A stretch of 64,000 nucleotides of DNA from the NCBI GenBank assembly GCA_038150265.1, contig JAYOTF010000003.1:1-64000 (forward strand). The letters run 5' to 3'. The position numbers were made by a program, and so were the translations under genes. Of the stretch, positions 26,844 to 40,794 are shown piece after piece (the first letter of the stretch is position 1; every line of letters starts with the position of its first letter). The notes under the pieces were generated by a model. The model saw nothing but the letters and a program-made list of their open reading frames with translations. It had not been told where the DNA came from and searched no databases. Source of the stretch: Deltaproteobacteria bacterium. GTDB lineage: Bacteria > SAR324 > NAC60-12.

Positions 26844-28104
26844 CTCCACCTACTACTCCTCTTCCGAGCTCCGCTCCCTCACGGAACGGGGCGTCACGCT
26901 GCATGCACCCGAGCAGACCTTCATCCGCCGCGATGTCGATCTCAACCAGCTTGCCTCCGGAGCCGAACTCTTCCCCGGTACCCGGTTGGAAGGCGCAGGA
27001 ACGCGCCTCTTCCCTGGCGCCCAGATTGGTCGACGGGGTCCGGCTCACCTCGAAGACAGCCTCGTGGGGTCCGGAGCCACGGTCGGTTCACTGGGACCTG
27101 TGACCCTGGTCCGGACAACCGTCGGGCCCGCCTCGATCCTTGGGTCCGGAGTCGCGGAGGACGCTGTGTTTCTTGGGAAGGAAACGATGGAGAACGACTT
27201 CACCACCGGGGCCGGGTTTCGGGTCCGGAAGGGGTCCCTTTATGAGGAAGACGCCTCCACAGCGCAGCACACCGACACCAAGATGACGATCCTCTTTCCG
27301 TGGGTCACGCTGGGAAGCAACCTGAACTTCTGCGAGGTCTTGGTCTCCGGGGGCACCGGCCCGGAATTGGGTGCCTTCAGCGAGGTGGGAAGCGGCACCA
27401 TTCACTTCAACTTCACGGCTCGAGGAGACAAGGCGACCGCGTCGCTCCTGGGAGAGGTGACACGGGGCCTGCTGCTGAATCAGCCCCGGCTCTTTATCGG
27501 AGGCAACTGCAGCCTGATCGGCCCGCTATCGGCTGACTTCGGGACCATCATTGGCGCAGGCTCGCGCATCACCGGCTCCCTTGCCAGCGGCGTCCATGTG
27601 GCGGTGCCCCGGAACGCCCAGCGCGACGCGCTGCCTCCCACGGGAGTCCACAAGGCAGAGTGGATCTTCCGCTCCCAGTTGCGCTTCATTGAGCAGATGC
27701 TGCTGCTGGAGTGGTGGTACCGACACGTTCGCCTCCGGCTCTTTCCAGCCTCAGAGGAGCAACGGATCGTCTATCAGCGTGGGCAAGCGGTGGTCGCTCG
27801 GAACCTTCAGGAGCGGGTGGCTCGGCTGGAAGACTGGGTGCAGCAAACCCGGGAAGAGGCACCGCTGAGCCTGGAGGGAATTGGGAAGGAATGGAGGGCG
27901 CAGCTGGCACAGCAGCAAGAGGACAGTGCGCAGCTGGAGGTGCCTGCTGAAGGGGAAGCTGAGCTAATGGCTTCGGAAGGGCGGTCAGCGGCTTCCTCCT
28001 ACACGGCGTTTGTCCAAAATCCTCAGGTCAGACCACACCTGCAGAAGCTGATTGCACGGTGGACTGAGGTCAATGAACGAGCCCGCTCTCGCTGCTGTCC
28101 GTAA
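26836..28104 (+). CDS. GlmU C-terminal-like left-handed beta-helix (acetyltransferase-like) protein lacking the uridyltransferase domain
   Basis: Begins LTERGVTLHAPEQTFIRRDV (like the GlmU linker); hexapeptide-like repeats; EVGSGTIHFNF, FIGGNCSLIGP, IIGAGS; helical C-terminal extension. ATG 26836 overlaps the serB end. Confidence 0.6.
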   Translation: MSDSTYYSSSELRSLTERGVTLHAPEQTFIRRDVDLNQLASGAELFPGTRLEGAGTRLFPGAQIGRRGPAHLEDSLVGSGATVGSLGPVTLVRTTVGPASILGSGVAEDAVFLGKETMENDFTTGAGFRVRKGSLYEEDASTAQHTDTKMTILFPWVTLGSNLNFCEVLVSGGTGPELGAFSEVGSGTIHFNFTARGDKATASLLGEVTRGLLLNQPRLFIGGNCSLIGPLSADFGTIIGAGSRITGSLASGVHVAVPRNAQRDALPPTGVHKAEWIFRSQLRFIEQMLLLEWWYRHVRLRLFPASEEQRIVYQRGQAVVARNLQERVARLEDWVQQTREEAPLSLEGIGKEWRAQLAQQQEDSAQLEVPAEGEAELMASEGRSAASSYTAFVQNPQVRPHLQKLIARWTEVNERARSRCCP

Positions 28105-28480
28105 AGAAGTGCTGCTCGTAAAAGGTCGTCAGGAGTTCGTCAAACTGCACCCGAAACTCCGGATCATCCAGGTTTTCCATCAGGTGGGAGCAGAACGGCT
28201 TCAGCTTGAGGGGGGACTCGGCACACTGGCGGATGAACTGATTGGCAAACACCTGAAGTTCCCAGAGGAACTCGTCCTCCGTCATCTCCATCATCAGGTG
28301 ATCATGGGGCCGCTGCTCCTGAAGATCCTGGGCAATGCGGTCCACCAGATTGAAGAAGTCCGGACCCAGCACGCGGAGGGAATGAATTTCCCGGGCGGAC
28401 ATGCGGCGGGCCAGGTTTTCCTGGAAGGTGCGGTAAGCGCGAAACCCGGAGGCTTCGGAGTAATTGATTTCTTCAGTCAT
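28070..28480 (-). CDS. Hypothetical acidic helical protein
   Basis: Protein-like ORF with GGAG upstream of ATG 28480 (alternative start 28516); co-oriented downstream of the atp operon. Confidence 0.6.
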   Translation of the reverse strand: MTEEINYSEASGFRAYRTFQENLARRMSAREIHSLRVLGPDFFNLVDRIAQDLQEQRPHDHLMMEMTEDEFLWELQVFANQFIRQCAESPLKLKPFCSHLMENLDDPEFRVQFDELLTTFYEQHFFTDSSESGLVH

Positions 28481-28528
28481 GCCCTCTCTCCGATTTAGAT
28501 TGGTCTCACCTGTCATGCAAGGAGCATG

Positions 28529-28786
28529 TCACTCGCTGAGGAGCACCTCAATCGATTCCGAAACCAGCAAAATGGGGAGGCCATCGCGGACAGGATAGAG
28601 CCGGGTTCCAGCGGAGTTGATCCATCCGGACTCAATGGGATCCCGCACGACTGCACCTGAGGGAGTGGTCAGAGTCCCTGCTTCAATTCCCTGGTTGACC
28701 TGGACCACCTGTTCCGGGGAAGCCACCTGTAGGGGCTCATGAGCTTGAGGACAAACGAGGGGGCTCACCAATGGGGAAGTCAGCAT
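28529..28786 (-). CDS. Trm112/YcaR-like small protein
   Basis: LVCPQAHEPL...RLYPVRDGLPILL matches the Trm112-like signature. Confidence 0.75.
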   Translation of the reverse strand: MLTSPLVSPLVCPQAHEPLQVASPEQVVQVNQGIEAGTLTTPSGAVVRDPIESGWINSAGTRLYPVRDGLPILLVSESIEVLLSE

Positions 28787-28846
28787 ATCGTTTGTGAGGA
28801 AGGGGAGAGTTGGACCCTGAACGAAGCCTCAGGGCCCAAGAGGAGG

Positions 28847-29275
28847 TCAGCGGACCTGGGCCACCTGCTGGCGGACCAAAGCGCGCTTGAGCTTGGCATC
28901 GTACTTCGCAAGGCGTTGGCTTTCCGCCTCCCAGTCCTTTGCCGACAGGTTGATGTGCGAAAGCACCTCGCGGGCTTTCGTCTCGGCCTGCTTGGCGCGG
29001 TCGAGGTTGATGTTCTCTGCAGTCTCAGCGAGTTCAGCCAGCACCGAGATCCGGTTGGCATCCACCTGGGCGTATCCCCAGTGAACCGCCAGCGCATGCA
29101 CCTTCCCGTTGAGGGTGTAGGTCAGCACCCCGGTGTCCAGGGTGGTCACCAGCGGAACGTGCTCCGGAAGGATTCCCAGTTGCCCCACCGAGCCGGGCAG
29201 GGTCACTGAATCGGCCGCCGTTTCCAGCAAGCGCTTGCTGGGAGTGACGACCTCGAGTTTCAATTGATTGGGCAT
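28847..29275 (-). CDS. atpC: ATP synthase F1 epsilon subunit
   Basis: LEVVTP, LPGSVGQLGILPEHVPL, VLAELAE, C-terminal helical hairpin. Confidence 0.95.
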   Translation of the reverse strand: MPNQLKLEVVTPSKRLLETAADSVTLPGSVGQLGILPEHVPLVTTLDTGVLTYTLNGKVHALAVHWGYAQVDANRISVLAELAETAENINLDRAKQAETKAREVLSHINLSAKDWEAESQRLAKYDAKLKRALVRQQVAQVR

Positions 29276-29290
29276 GAATTCCTCTCAGTC

Positions 29291-31574
<2,284 letters not shown>

Positions 31575-31592
31575 CCGTCTCTTTCAGTACGT

Positions 31593-31610
31593 TCGAGGCC
31601 GAAGCCTCGA
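31593..31610 (-). promoter_or_regulatory. cUUCGg tetraloop hairpin between atpA and atpG
   Basis: mRNA reads UCGAGGC-UUCG-GCCUCGA, a 7-bp perfect stem. Confidence 0.6.
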
Positions 31611-31619
31611 CGAAGTTCG

Positions 31620-33134
<1,515 letters not shown>

Positions 33135-33677
33135 TCAACCTTGGATGATGGATTGGCGCACTCGATTCAGCTGATTGCGGAGGCTGCCGTCAATGACGGT
33201 GGAACCGATGCGGGTAACAACACCGCCAATGATGGACGGATCGATTTTTACAGTGACCGACACCTCCTTGCCAGAGGTTTGGGACAGTTGGGACTGGAGG
33301 CTCTGAACCAGCTCGGCAGAGGGTTCCTGGGCCACCGTGACTTCAGCCTCGACCTTGCCCATCGACGCCTTGACGAGTGCATCAAAGGCAATCGCGATGT
33401 CCGGCGCCAGCGCAATGCGGCGCTTGGACAAAAGAAAACGAAGGAAGGTGTGCACGCGGGCGCCGGTGCCCAGCTTCTCCAGCACCGCCACCAGAATGCT
33501 TTCCTTTGCGGTTCCGGACACTCGGGACGAGCTGAGGCTCTCGCGCAGGTCCTCACTGAGGGCGTAGGCCTCGGCAAAATCCTGGAGGTCCTGAACAACG
33601 GTCTCGAGGCTCTTCTCCGGTTGGGCTAGTGCCAGCAGCGCCTTGGCATACCGGCGGGCGATCACAGCTTGGCTCAC
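33135..33677 (-). CDS. atpH: ATP synthase delta subunit
   Basis: IARRYAKAL, DPSIIGGVVTRIGSTVIDGS. Confidence 0.95.
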   Translation of the reverse strand: MSQAVIARRYAKALLALAQPEKSLETVVQDLQDFAEAYALSEDLRESLSSSRVSGTAKESILVAVLEKLGTGARVHTFLRFLLSKRRIALAPDIAIAFDALVKASMGKVEAEVTVAQEPSAELVQSLQSQLSQTSGKEVSVTVKIDPSIIGGVVTRIGSTVIDGSLRNQLNRVRQSIIQG

Positions 33678-34249
33678 AGGGCCTCCTTCGTTTTCAGGTC
33701 TTGCACAAAGGACTGCATCAGCTCTTCCTGCTTCTTCCCATTGAGCTGGGCGGTGATTTTTTCTTCAGCGAGCTTGACGGACTCTTCCGCCATCCAGGCG
33801 CGCAGTTCCATTTCCGCTTTGCGACGCTCTCGTTGCAGAGCCACCTTGGCCTGCTCGGCCATGTGCTCCACTTCCGCCTTGCCCATCTCCACAATGCGCT
33901 GTCGTTCGGCTTCAGCTTCGGTCCGGGCTCGCTCCACCATTGAGGCGGCTTCCTGCTCGAGCTGGGCCACCTTGGCACGGAGCTCCACGAGCTCGCTGTC
34001 GGCCCGCTTTTCGGCTTCCCGGGCTTCTTCGAGGTTCTGCCGAGCTTGCTGAGCCGAGCCGTTCAGGGCTGCGCTGATCGGGGCCTTCCCAAAGCGATAG
34101 AGGATGAAGATCAGGACGGCAAAGTTGACGACCTTCCAGAGGAAGTCCAGGGAGCTGGAGCCTCCTTCGGCGCCCGCAGCCCAGACAAGGGGGGCCGTCG
34201 CGAGCAACAAGCCGGCACTGGCCAGTCCCGCAGTAAACTTGAGTTTCAT
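33674..34249 (-). CDS. atpF: ATP synthase F0 subunit b
   Basis: Signal-like N-terminus, WKVVNFAVLIFILY TM segment, long coiled coil; GTGA overlap with atpH. Confidence 0.88.
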   Translation of the reverse strand: MKLKFTAGLASAGLLLATAPLVWAAGAEGGSSSLDFLWKVVNFAVLIFILYRFGKAPISAALNGSAQQARQNLEEAREAEKRADSELVELRAKVAQLEQEAASMVERARTEAEAERQRIVEMGKAEVEHMAEQAKVALQRERRKAEMELRAWMAEESVKLAEEKITAQLNGKKQEELMQSFVQDLKTKEAL

Positions 34250-34284
34250 GGTGGCTTGAGTGTGGGTTTCAGTGGGCGGGTTGA

Positions 34285-34764
34285 TTAACTCAACAAGCGA
34301 GAGACGGTCGCCGTGGCAACCTGATCCTTCAGAGTCAACAGCTCCTTGTGGGCTTCATCCACTTCGGCAGCCAGCTCACCCCGAGACTTTTCCAGTAACT
34401 CCTCAACAATGACGCGCTCCTTGGCGATCATTTCCTCGCGTTCCTTGAAGCCGGTTTGCTGAATGCTCTGATGCAGGTCTCCCACCTCGGCATAGGCCTG
34501 CGCCAAGCGCGTCTCCACCTCGTGGCGGCTGGATTCGATTTCGGCTGAAATCTTCTGCACCTTCTCCTGAGAGGATTCCACTTCCTGGGCGCGGCTGTCC
34601 AGCGTTCGCAGGACCGGCTGAAACAGAAGCTTGTTGATCACAAAGATCATGACCAGAATGATCACCAGGGTGACCGTTGGGGTCGCCAGTTGCACGTGCA
34701 GGAGACCGAAGTCAGCATTGACTCCTCCCCATGCGTTCTCAACAAAGATCTCTTTGTAATCCAT
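34285..34764 (-). CDS. ATP synthase F0 subunit b'
   Basis: TM segment followed by NKLLFQPVLRTLDSR and a coiled coil; first gene of the operon. Confidence 0.85.
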   Translation of the reverse strand: MDYKEIFVENAWGGVNADFGLLHVQLATPTVTLVIILVMIFVINKLLFQPVLRTLDSRAQEVESSQEKVQKISAEIESSRHEVETRLAQAYAEVGDLHQSIQQTGFKEREEMIAKERVIVEELLEKSRGELAAEVDEAHKELLTLKDQVATATVSRLLS

Positions 34765-34885
34765 CTCAGCCCGAATGTAAGGTTTGTTAAGAAAAACGTA
34801 TTAAGTACCTATTTCTCATGAAAAATTCAAGCTCAAGCTTGCTTTAGCCCTCATTTTCGTTCATTTTTTATCGATTAACCTATTC

Positions 34886-35398
34886 ATGCCCCCACCCCCT
34901 CCTCTGCTGCCGTTTCGAATTGGCTCCGGATTTGATGTCCATGCCCTTGTTGAAAATCGCCCCCTGATCCTGGGAGGAATTTCGGTTCCGCATGAACGGG
35001 GCCTGCTCGGACACTCCGATGCCGATGTCCTCACGCATGCCTTGATGGACGCCCTGCTTGGCGCCCTGGCGCTCGGAGACCTCGGGCAGCACTTTCCCGA
35101 CACGGATCCCCGTTACCGTGGGGCCGATAGTGTAAGGCTCCTGGACCACGTCGTCCACCTCATTCAGCAAGAGGGGTATGTTTTGGGGAATGCCGACCTG
35201 ACGCTGATCGCCCAGCGCCCCAAACTCGCCCCGCACCTGCCTGCCATGCGCGAGAACCTGGCGGCGGCCCTCCAGGTGGAGCCCCCTCAGGTTTCCATCA
35301 AGGCCACCACCACCGAGAGGCTCGGGTTCACGGGCCGAGAAGAAGGAATTGCCGCGCAAGCCACCGTCCTCCTGCTCGCGGTAGCCAAAAAAGCTTGA
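34886..35398 (+). CDS. ispF: 2-C-methyl-D-erythritol 2,4-cyclodiphosphate synthase
   Basis: [45 protein letters not shown]. Confidence 0.96.
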   Translation: MPPPPPLLPFRIGSGFDVHALVENRPLILGGISVPHERGLLGHSDADVLTHALMDALLGALALGDLGQHFPDTDPRYRGADSVRLLDHVVHLIQQEGYVLGNADLTLIAQRPKLAPHLPAMRENLAAALQVEPPQVSIKATTTERLGFTGREEGIAAQATVLLLAVAKKA

Positions 35399-35478
35399 AG
35401 CCCATGGCAAAGTCCGCTATTTTGGCGGATTATTCATTTTTTGTCTTTCAGCAGATCACCCTACAAAAGGCACGGAAC

Positions 35479-37584
35479 ATGGACGCTGCAGCGCAGAAAA
35501 TTCTGGAGTCCACTCGCAACATTGGTATTTCCGCACACATTGACAGTGGTAAGACCACCCTGACAGAACGCATCCTGTTCTACGCAGGGAAGATTCACAA
35601 AATTGAGGAAGTTCGGGGAGGTGGCTCCGGGGCAACCATGGACCACATGGACCTGGAGAAGGAAAAGGGCATCACCATCACCTCTGCCGCCACAACCGTT
35701 GGGTGGAAAGACAAGAAGATCAACATCATCGACACCCCTGGGCACGTGGACTTCACGGTTGAGGTGGAGCGTTCCCTGCGTGTGCTTGATGGTGCCATCC
35801 TCGTGCTCTGCGGCGTCGCCGGCGTCCAGTCTCAGTCCCTGACCGTTGACCGGCAGATGAAGCGCTACCGCGTGCCGCGCCTGGCCTTCATCAACAAGCT
35901 GGACCGCATGGGGGCGAACCCCTTCCGCGGCATCGAGGGCATCCGGGAGCAACTGGGCCTCAACGCCGTCGCCATGCAGCTGCCGATTGGACTGGAAGAC
36001 GAGCACAACGGCGTGGTCGACCTCGTTACCATGAAGGCCATCTTCTTCGACGGCGACCGCGGGGAAACCGTCCGCTTCGATGAAATTCCGGCGGACATGA
36101 AGGACGAGGCGGAAGAGAAGCGTCAGGAGATGCTCGAAGCCGTCTCCATGTTCGATGAGCAGATGATGGAAGACCTCCTTGAAGAGAAGGAGATTCCGGA
36201 AGAGGCCATCCACGCCGCCATCAAAAAGGGCGTCCAGAGCCTGGGCCTCTGCCCGGTGTACATGGGAAGTGCCTTCAAGAACAAAGGCGTTCAGGTGCTG
36301 CTTGATGCCATCACCCGCTACCTGCCTTCCCCACTGGAAGCAGAAAACATGCGGGCCATCAACCTGGAAGACGAGTCCACCATTCAGCTCAAGGCCGATC
36401 CGGACCTCCCCACGGTCGCCATGGCCTTCAAGCTGACCGAAGAGCAGTTTGGTCAGCTGACCTATACCCGCATCTACCAGGGTCGCCTCAACAAGGGAGA
36501 GCAGATCGTCAACGTCCGGACCGGCAAGAAGCTGCGGGTGGGACGCATGGTCCGCATGCACTCCAATGACCGCGAGAACATTGACACCGCAGAGGCCGGT
36601 GACATCATCGCCATGGTCGGCGTCGAGTGTGCCTCCGGTGATACCTTCTGCGGCGACGGCATCAAGGTGTCCTGCGAATCCATGTACGTCCCGGTCCCGG
36701 TGATTTCTCTCGCCGTGAAGGGCAAGGACAACGAGCACCAGATGCGCATGAGCAAGGCCCTGAGCCGCTTCATGCGGGAAGACCCGACCTTCCGGGTGTC
36801 GTCTGACGAAGAGTCCAAGGAGACCATCATCTCCGGAATGGGCGAGCTGCACCTCGAGATCTACATCGAGCGCATGCGCCGTGAGTACAATGCCGAGGTC
36901 ATCGTCGGAGCCCCGCAGGTCAACTACCGCGAAGCCATCACCACCCCAGCCAACTTCGACTACCTCCACAAGAAGCAGACCGGAGGCTCCGGACAGTTCG
37001 CTGGAGTTGCCGGCAGCATTGAGCCCCTGGAAGAAGGCGCCGAGGAGAACTTCGAGTTCGTCAACGCCATCTTCGGAGGATCCATCCCGGGCGAACACAT
37101 CCCGGCTTGTGAGAAGGGCTTCCAGGATGTCATGGAAAAAGGGCCGCTGGCCGCCTTCCCCATGGTGGGCGTCAAGGTGACCCTGAAGGATGGAAAGTAC
37201 CACGACGTGGACTCCAGTGACCTCGCTTACCGGATTGCCTCTCGCCAGGCGATGAAGCAGGCCGTCGCCAAGGCCCACCCGGTTCTGCTGGAGCCGATCA
37301 TGAAGGTGGAAGTGGAAACCCCAGCCGACTACCAGGGCTCGGTGATGGGAGACCTCAGCTCCCGCCGGGGCATGATCTACGGCTCTGAAGTCAAGGGAGA
37401 CGACACCGTGATCACCTGCGGAGTTCCGCTCGGCGAAATGTTCGGCTATGCCACCGAGCTTCGCTCCATGACCGCCGGTAAGGCTTCTTACTCCATGGAG
37501 TTTGAGAAGTATTCCGCCGCTCCCGCCTTCGTGCAGGAGAAGGTCATCAAGGAGCGCCAGGAGAAGCTCAAAGACGAAGATTGA
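35479..37584 (+). CDS. fusA: Elongation factor G (spdEFG1/mtEFG1-like), outside the str operon
   Basis: [54 protein letters not shown]. Start ATG 35479. Confidence 0.95.
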   Translation: MDAAAQKILESTRNIGISAHIDSGKTTLTERILFYAGKIHKIEEVRGGGSGATMDHMDLEKEKGITITSAATTVGWKDKKINIIDTPGHVDFTVEVERSLRVLDGAILVLCGVAGVQSQSLTVDRQMKRYRVPRLAFINKLDRMGANPFRGIEGIREQLGLNAVAMQLPIGLEDEHNGVVDLVTMKAIFFDGDRGETVRFDEIPADMKDEAEEKRQEMLEAVSMFDEQMMEDLLEEKEIPEEAIHAAIKKGVQSLGLCPVYMGSAFKNKGVQVLLDAITRYLPSPLEAENMRAINLEDESTIQLKADPDLPTVAMAFKLTEEQFGQLTYTRIYQGRLNKGEQIVNVRTGKKLRVGRMVRMHSNDRENIDTAEAGDIIAMVGVECASGDTFCGDGIKVSCESMYVPVPVISLAVKGKDNEHQMRMSKALSRFMREDPTFRVSSDEESKETIISGMGELHLEIYIERMRREYNAEVIVGAPQVNYREAITTPANFDYLHKKQTGGSGQFAGVAGSIEPLEEGAEENFEFVNAIFGGSIPGEHIPACEKGFQDVMEKGPLAAFPMVGVKVTLKDGKYHDVDSSDLAYRIASRQAMKQAVAKAHPVLLEPIMKVEVETPADYQGSVMGDLSSRRGMIYGSEVKGDDTVITCGVPLGEMFGYATELRSMTAGKASYSMEFEKYSAAPAFVQEKVIKERQEKLKDED

Positions 37585-37595
37585 TCATCGTCTCC

Positions 37596-37623
37596 ACGGA
37601 CGTGGCCCTCGGGTCACGTCCGT
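37596..37623. terminator. Hairpin between convergent fusA and the dctD-like gene (probable bidirectional terminator)
   Basis: ACGGACGTGGCC-CTCG-GGTCACGTCCGT, a 12-bp stem with one G.U pair. Confidence 0.65.
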
Positions 37624-37633
37624 CCCCTCCTTC

Positions 37634-38998
37634 CTACAAGTAATCCTCTCGATCAATTCCGTAGTTCTGCATCTTCTGATTCAGAGTCCGGCGCGGAACG
37701 TCCAGCTCCTCCAGCACCGCCTTGATGCTCCCCTGATGTCGCTTCAGGGCCTGCTCAATGAGCCGTTTTTCATAATCGGCCACCTGCTCCGTCAGCGTCC
37801 GTTCCGGACGACCTGAAGCAGGTAGATTCATCCGGGAACGCAGCAGCACGTCCCACCCGGAAGTTCCGGAACTCAAGACAAAGCGCTCGGCCACATTTTT
37901 CAGCTCCCGGACATTTCCGGGCCACAGGTGCCGGGTCAGCACATCAATGTCGTGTCCGTTCCGCGGGCGGGCTTCTCGTCCATGTGCCGTTTGCGCCGCG
38001 CTGACAAAGTGCTCAAAGAGCAGCGGGATGTCCTCCTGACGGTCCCGGAGCGCCGGCAGAAACAGCTCGGCAACGGCCAACCGGTAGTAGAGGTCTTCCC
38101 GGAAGGTTCCGGACTCGCTGGCTTCCCGCAGATCCTGTTTGGTCGCTGCGGTCACTCGAATGTCCACGGCCTTGGCCCGGTTGGCTCCCACACGCAGCAC
38201 CTCGTGTTCCTGCAGCGTCCGGAGGAGCTTGATCTGCAGGCTCAGCGGCATGCCTTCAATCTCATCCAGCAGCACCGTCCCCCGGTCAGCAAACTCCAGG
38301 CGCCCGACCCGTGCCTTGGAGGCTCCCGTGAAGGCTCCGGACTCGTGGCCAAAGAGTTCGCTCTCAAACAGGTTCTCCGGAATCGCTCCGCAGTTGATCG
38401 GCACAAAAGCGTTCCGGACCCGAGGGCTGAAGTCGTGAAGGCACCGCGCCACCAGTTCCTTGCCGGTTCCCGTCTCACCATGAATCAGGACACTGGCGTT
38501 GGTTTCCGCGAGGTCCAGCACCTGCTGCCGCAGGCGTTCCATGGCTGGTGAGGTGCCCAGCAACCGAGCCTCAATGCGGTTCCGGTTTGAAAGCATCCGG
38601 CGCAGGGATTCGTTTTCCAGCACCAGCCGTCGCTGGCGGCACCCTCGCCGGACGGATTCCAGCAGGCGCTCCGGATCATAAGGCTTCTCAATGAAGTCAA
38701 AGGCGCCGCTCTGCATCGCCTGCACGGCCATGGCAATGTCGCCGTGCCCTGTCAGCAGGATCACCGGTAGATCCGGAAACGTTTCGTGGAGCTTCTGCAG
38801 GAGCTGCATCCCATCCATGCCGGGCATCCGGACGTCTGAAACCACCACCCCGGGGAAGTCCCAGTGAGCCTGCTCCAGAGCCTGAACCGCCGAAGCGCAC
38901 GGAGTGACCTCAAAGTCATAAAGCTCCAGCCACTGCTGTGCCGACTGGCGGACCGGTGCTTCATCATCAACAAACAGAACGTTTCGAACTTCACGCAT
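37634..38998 (-). CDS. dctD: Sigma54-dependent response regulator, DctD-like (REC-AAA-HTH)
   Basis: FVDDE, SDVRMPG, GETGTGKE, ESELFGHESGAFTGA, WPGNVREL, C-terminal Fis-type HTH. Start ATG 38998. Confidence 0.88.
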   Translation of the reverse strand: MREVRNVLFVDDEAPVRQSAQQWLELYDFEVTPCASAVQALEQAHWDFPGVVVSDVRMPGMDGMQLLQKLHETFPDLPVILLTGHGDIAMAVQAMQSGAFDFIEKPYDPERLLESVRRGCRQRRLVLENESLRRMLSNRNRIEARLLGTSPAMERLRQQVLDLAETNASVLIHGETGTGKELVARCLHDFSPRVRNAFVPINCGAIPENLFESELFGHESGAFTGASKARVGRLEFADRGTVLLDEIEGMPLSLQIKLLRTLQEHEVLRVGANRAKAVDIRVTAATKQDLREASESGTFREDLYYRLAVAELFLPALRDRQEDIPLLFEHFVSAAQTAHGREARPRNGHDIDVLTRHLWPGNVRELKNVAERFVLSSGTSGWDVLLRSRMNLPASGRPERTLTEQVADYEKRLIEQALKRHQGSIKAVLEELDVPRRTLNQKMQNYGIDREDYL

Positions 38999-40742
38999 AA
39001 GCAGCAAGAGGGAGGACAAGGATGAAAGCAGCGCCTCCGGAGTCTCGGTTGGCCGCCCGGATGTGTCCCCGGTGGGCCTGAGCGATGCCATAGGCGATGG
39101 AAAGCCCGAGCCCCAACCCCTGCCCATCTTGCTTGCGCGTGAAGAAGGGCTCAAAGAGGTGGGGCAGGTCTTCCGGATCAATGCCGGGGCCGGTGTCGAG
39201 GAACTCCACCTGAACCTGGTGCTCGTCCTGAGCCGCCCGGATGATGAGTTCCTGATGGGGAACCGCCTCCATCACATCCAGCGCATTGGAGATGAGGTTG
39301 ACAAAGAGCTGCTGGAGCTGAAGCGGGTCCCCAGTGACCTCAATCGGCTCCTCCCACCCTTCAGTCCGGATGCTCAGAGACGGATCTTCCCGGCGTTCCA
39401 CAAACAGGTCCAGCGCATACCGGAGGACCGCGTTGAGGTTGGCCTGAGTGGCGGTCTGTTCAGACTTGCGGGCAAAGACCTTGAGCTGCCGGGCAATCGC
39501 CGAGACGCTCTGAACCAGCGTCAGGAGGCGTTCGAGGTTTTCCTCAACGACCTCCACCCGCTTCTTCTGCAGCAGCAGCCGGGAGCTGGCCACAAAGGTC
39601 TGCATCGCCGTCAGGGGCTGGTTCAGCTCATGGGCAACGGCAGCAGACATCTGCCCCAGGGCAGCCAGCTTTCCTGCCTGAATCAGCTCCCGTTGCGTGG
39701 CCTGAAGCTCTCGGGTCCGCTCGTCCACACGCTGCTCCAGTTGGTCCCGAGACTCCTGAAGCGACCGCATCTTCGCCAGCCGTTCACGTTGAAACAGGGC
39801 CAGCGCGCTCAAGAGCCCGAGGATGCCCAGAGCCGCCAGCGCCGATTCTCCCGCTCGCTGCTGCACCGGTGTCAGGGGCGTCAGGTAGTAAAGGGTCCAG
39901 CCCAGCTCTTCCAGCGGCAGCTCCTGCACCATGTACTCTCCCACCGCATCTTCCGGAACCGTCAGCAGGCGTGAGGCAGACCACCAGGAGGGCTTCACCG
40001 CTCCGAGTGGTGCGAGGCTGACGCCTTCGTACTGGCGTTGCTGCTGAATGGAACGCTGGTCCTCTTCACTGAGGAGCCGGAGGGTCTGGAAGCGCCACTC
40101 CTTGCGACTCGAGAGGGCAATCACCCCACGGGCATCGGCCACCAACACGTTTTCCTGGGCGGTCGACCAGTCGGTCTGCAAGCCCTCCAGGCTGATCTTC
40201 ACCACTGTGACGCCAGCGACCGTGCTGCGGCGAGAGACCGAGTGAGAGATGTAGTAACCCGGCTGGCCCGTTGTGGTGCCAATGGCATAAAACCGACCTG
40301 TTCTCTGTGAGTAGGCCTGCTGAAAGTAAGGGCGGTACAGGAAGGACTTGCCAATCAGGGAATCAGCCGCCTCAAAGTTACTGGACGCGACGGTGGTGCC
40401 TTGATCATCGAGCACATAAAGCAGGGCGGCGCCCGAGCGCTCGGCCACCCGCTGGAGCTTGCGGCTCACATGAGCCTGCAGCGGTGCGCGCGTAAAGTCC
40501 TGACTCCGGAGCAGCGCCTGCACCGAAGGATCTTCTGAAAGGATAAAGGGCAGGTACTGGTACTGGGCAATGGCTCCGCGAAGGCTGCTTCCGTAAAGGC
40601 TGAGGCGCGAGGTCGCCTGCTCCTGAAGCTCGGCCTCAGCAGTCCGCCACCCCTGGTAGGCCGCCAGAGACGTCAGGCCTCCGACTCCGATGAGGAGCAG
40701 AAGGCCAATGAGGAAGCGTCGAGGAGGGACTTGCGAAACCAT
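38991..40742 (-). CDS. dctB: Cache-domain sensor histidine kinase, DctB-like
   Basis: TM, FLYRPYF and YAIGTTTGQPGYY (DctB dCache), TM, KLAALGQMSAAVAHELNQPL, DTGPGI, GLGLGL. Confidence 0.87.
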   Translation of the reverse strand: MVSQVPPRRFLIGLLLLIGVGGLTSLAAYQGWRTAEAELQEQATSRLSLYGSSLRGAIAQYQYLPFILSEDPSVQALLRSQDFTRAPLQAHVSRKLQRVAERSGAALLYVLDDQGTTVASSNFEAADSLIGKSFLYRPYFQQAYSQRTGRFYAIGTTTGQPGYYISHSVSRRSTVAGVTVVKISLEGLQTDWSTAQENVLVADARGVIALSSRKEWRFQTLRLLSEEDQRSIQQQRQYEGVSLAPLGAVKPSWWSASRLLTVPEDAVGEYMVQELPLEELGWTLYYLTPLTPVQQRAGESALAALGILGLLSALALFQRERLAKMRSLQESRDQLEQRVDERTRELQATQRELIQAGKLAALGQMSAAVAHELNQPLTAMQTFVASSRLLLQKKRVEVVEENLERLLTLVQSVSAIARQLKVFARKSEQTATQANLNAVLRYALDLFVERREDPSLSIRTEGWEEPIEVTGDPLQLQQLFVNLISNALDVMEAVPHQELIIRAAQDEHQVQVEFLDTGPGIDPEDLPHLFEPFFTRKQDGQGLGLGLSIAYGIAQAHRGHIRAANRDSGGAAFILVLPLAAYA

Positions 40743-40794
40743 TGGCCTTCTGGAAGGAGGGTCCTCCGGACAGAGGAATCCGGAGGTGGGTGCG

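Noticed and set aside
37634..39181. Extended N-termini in the ORF track (dctD from 39181; similarly phyH 61083, sodB 48941, serB 25518, atpD 30754)
   Set aside because: The extensions overlap neighbouring genes and lack homologous character; internal ATGs with RBS or family-typical N-termini fit better. No frameshift or readthrough is implied.
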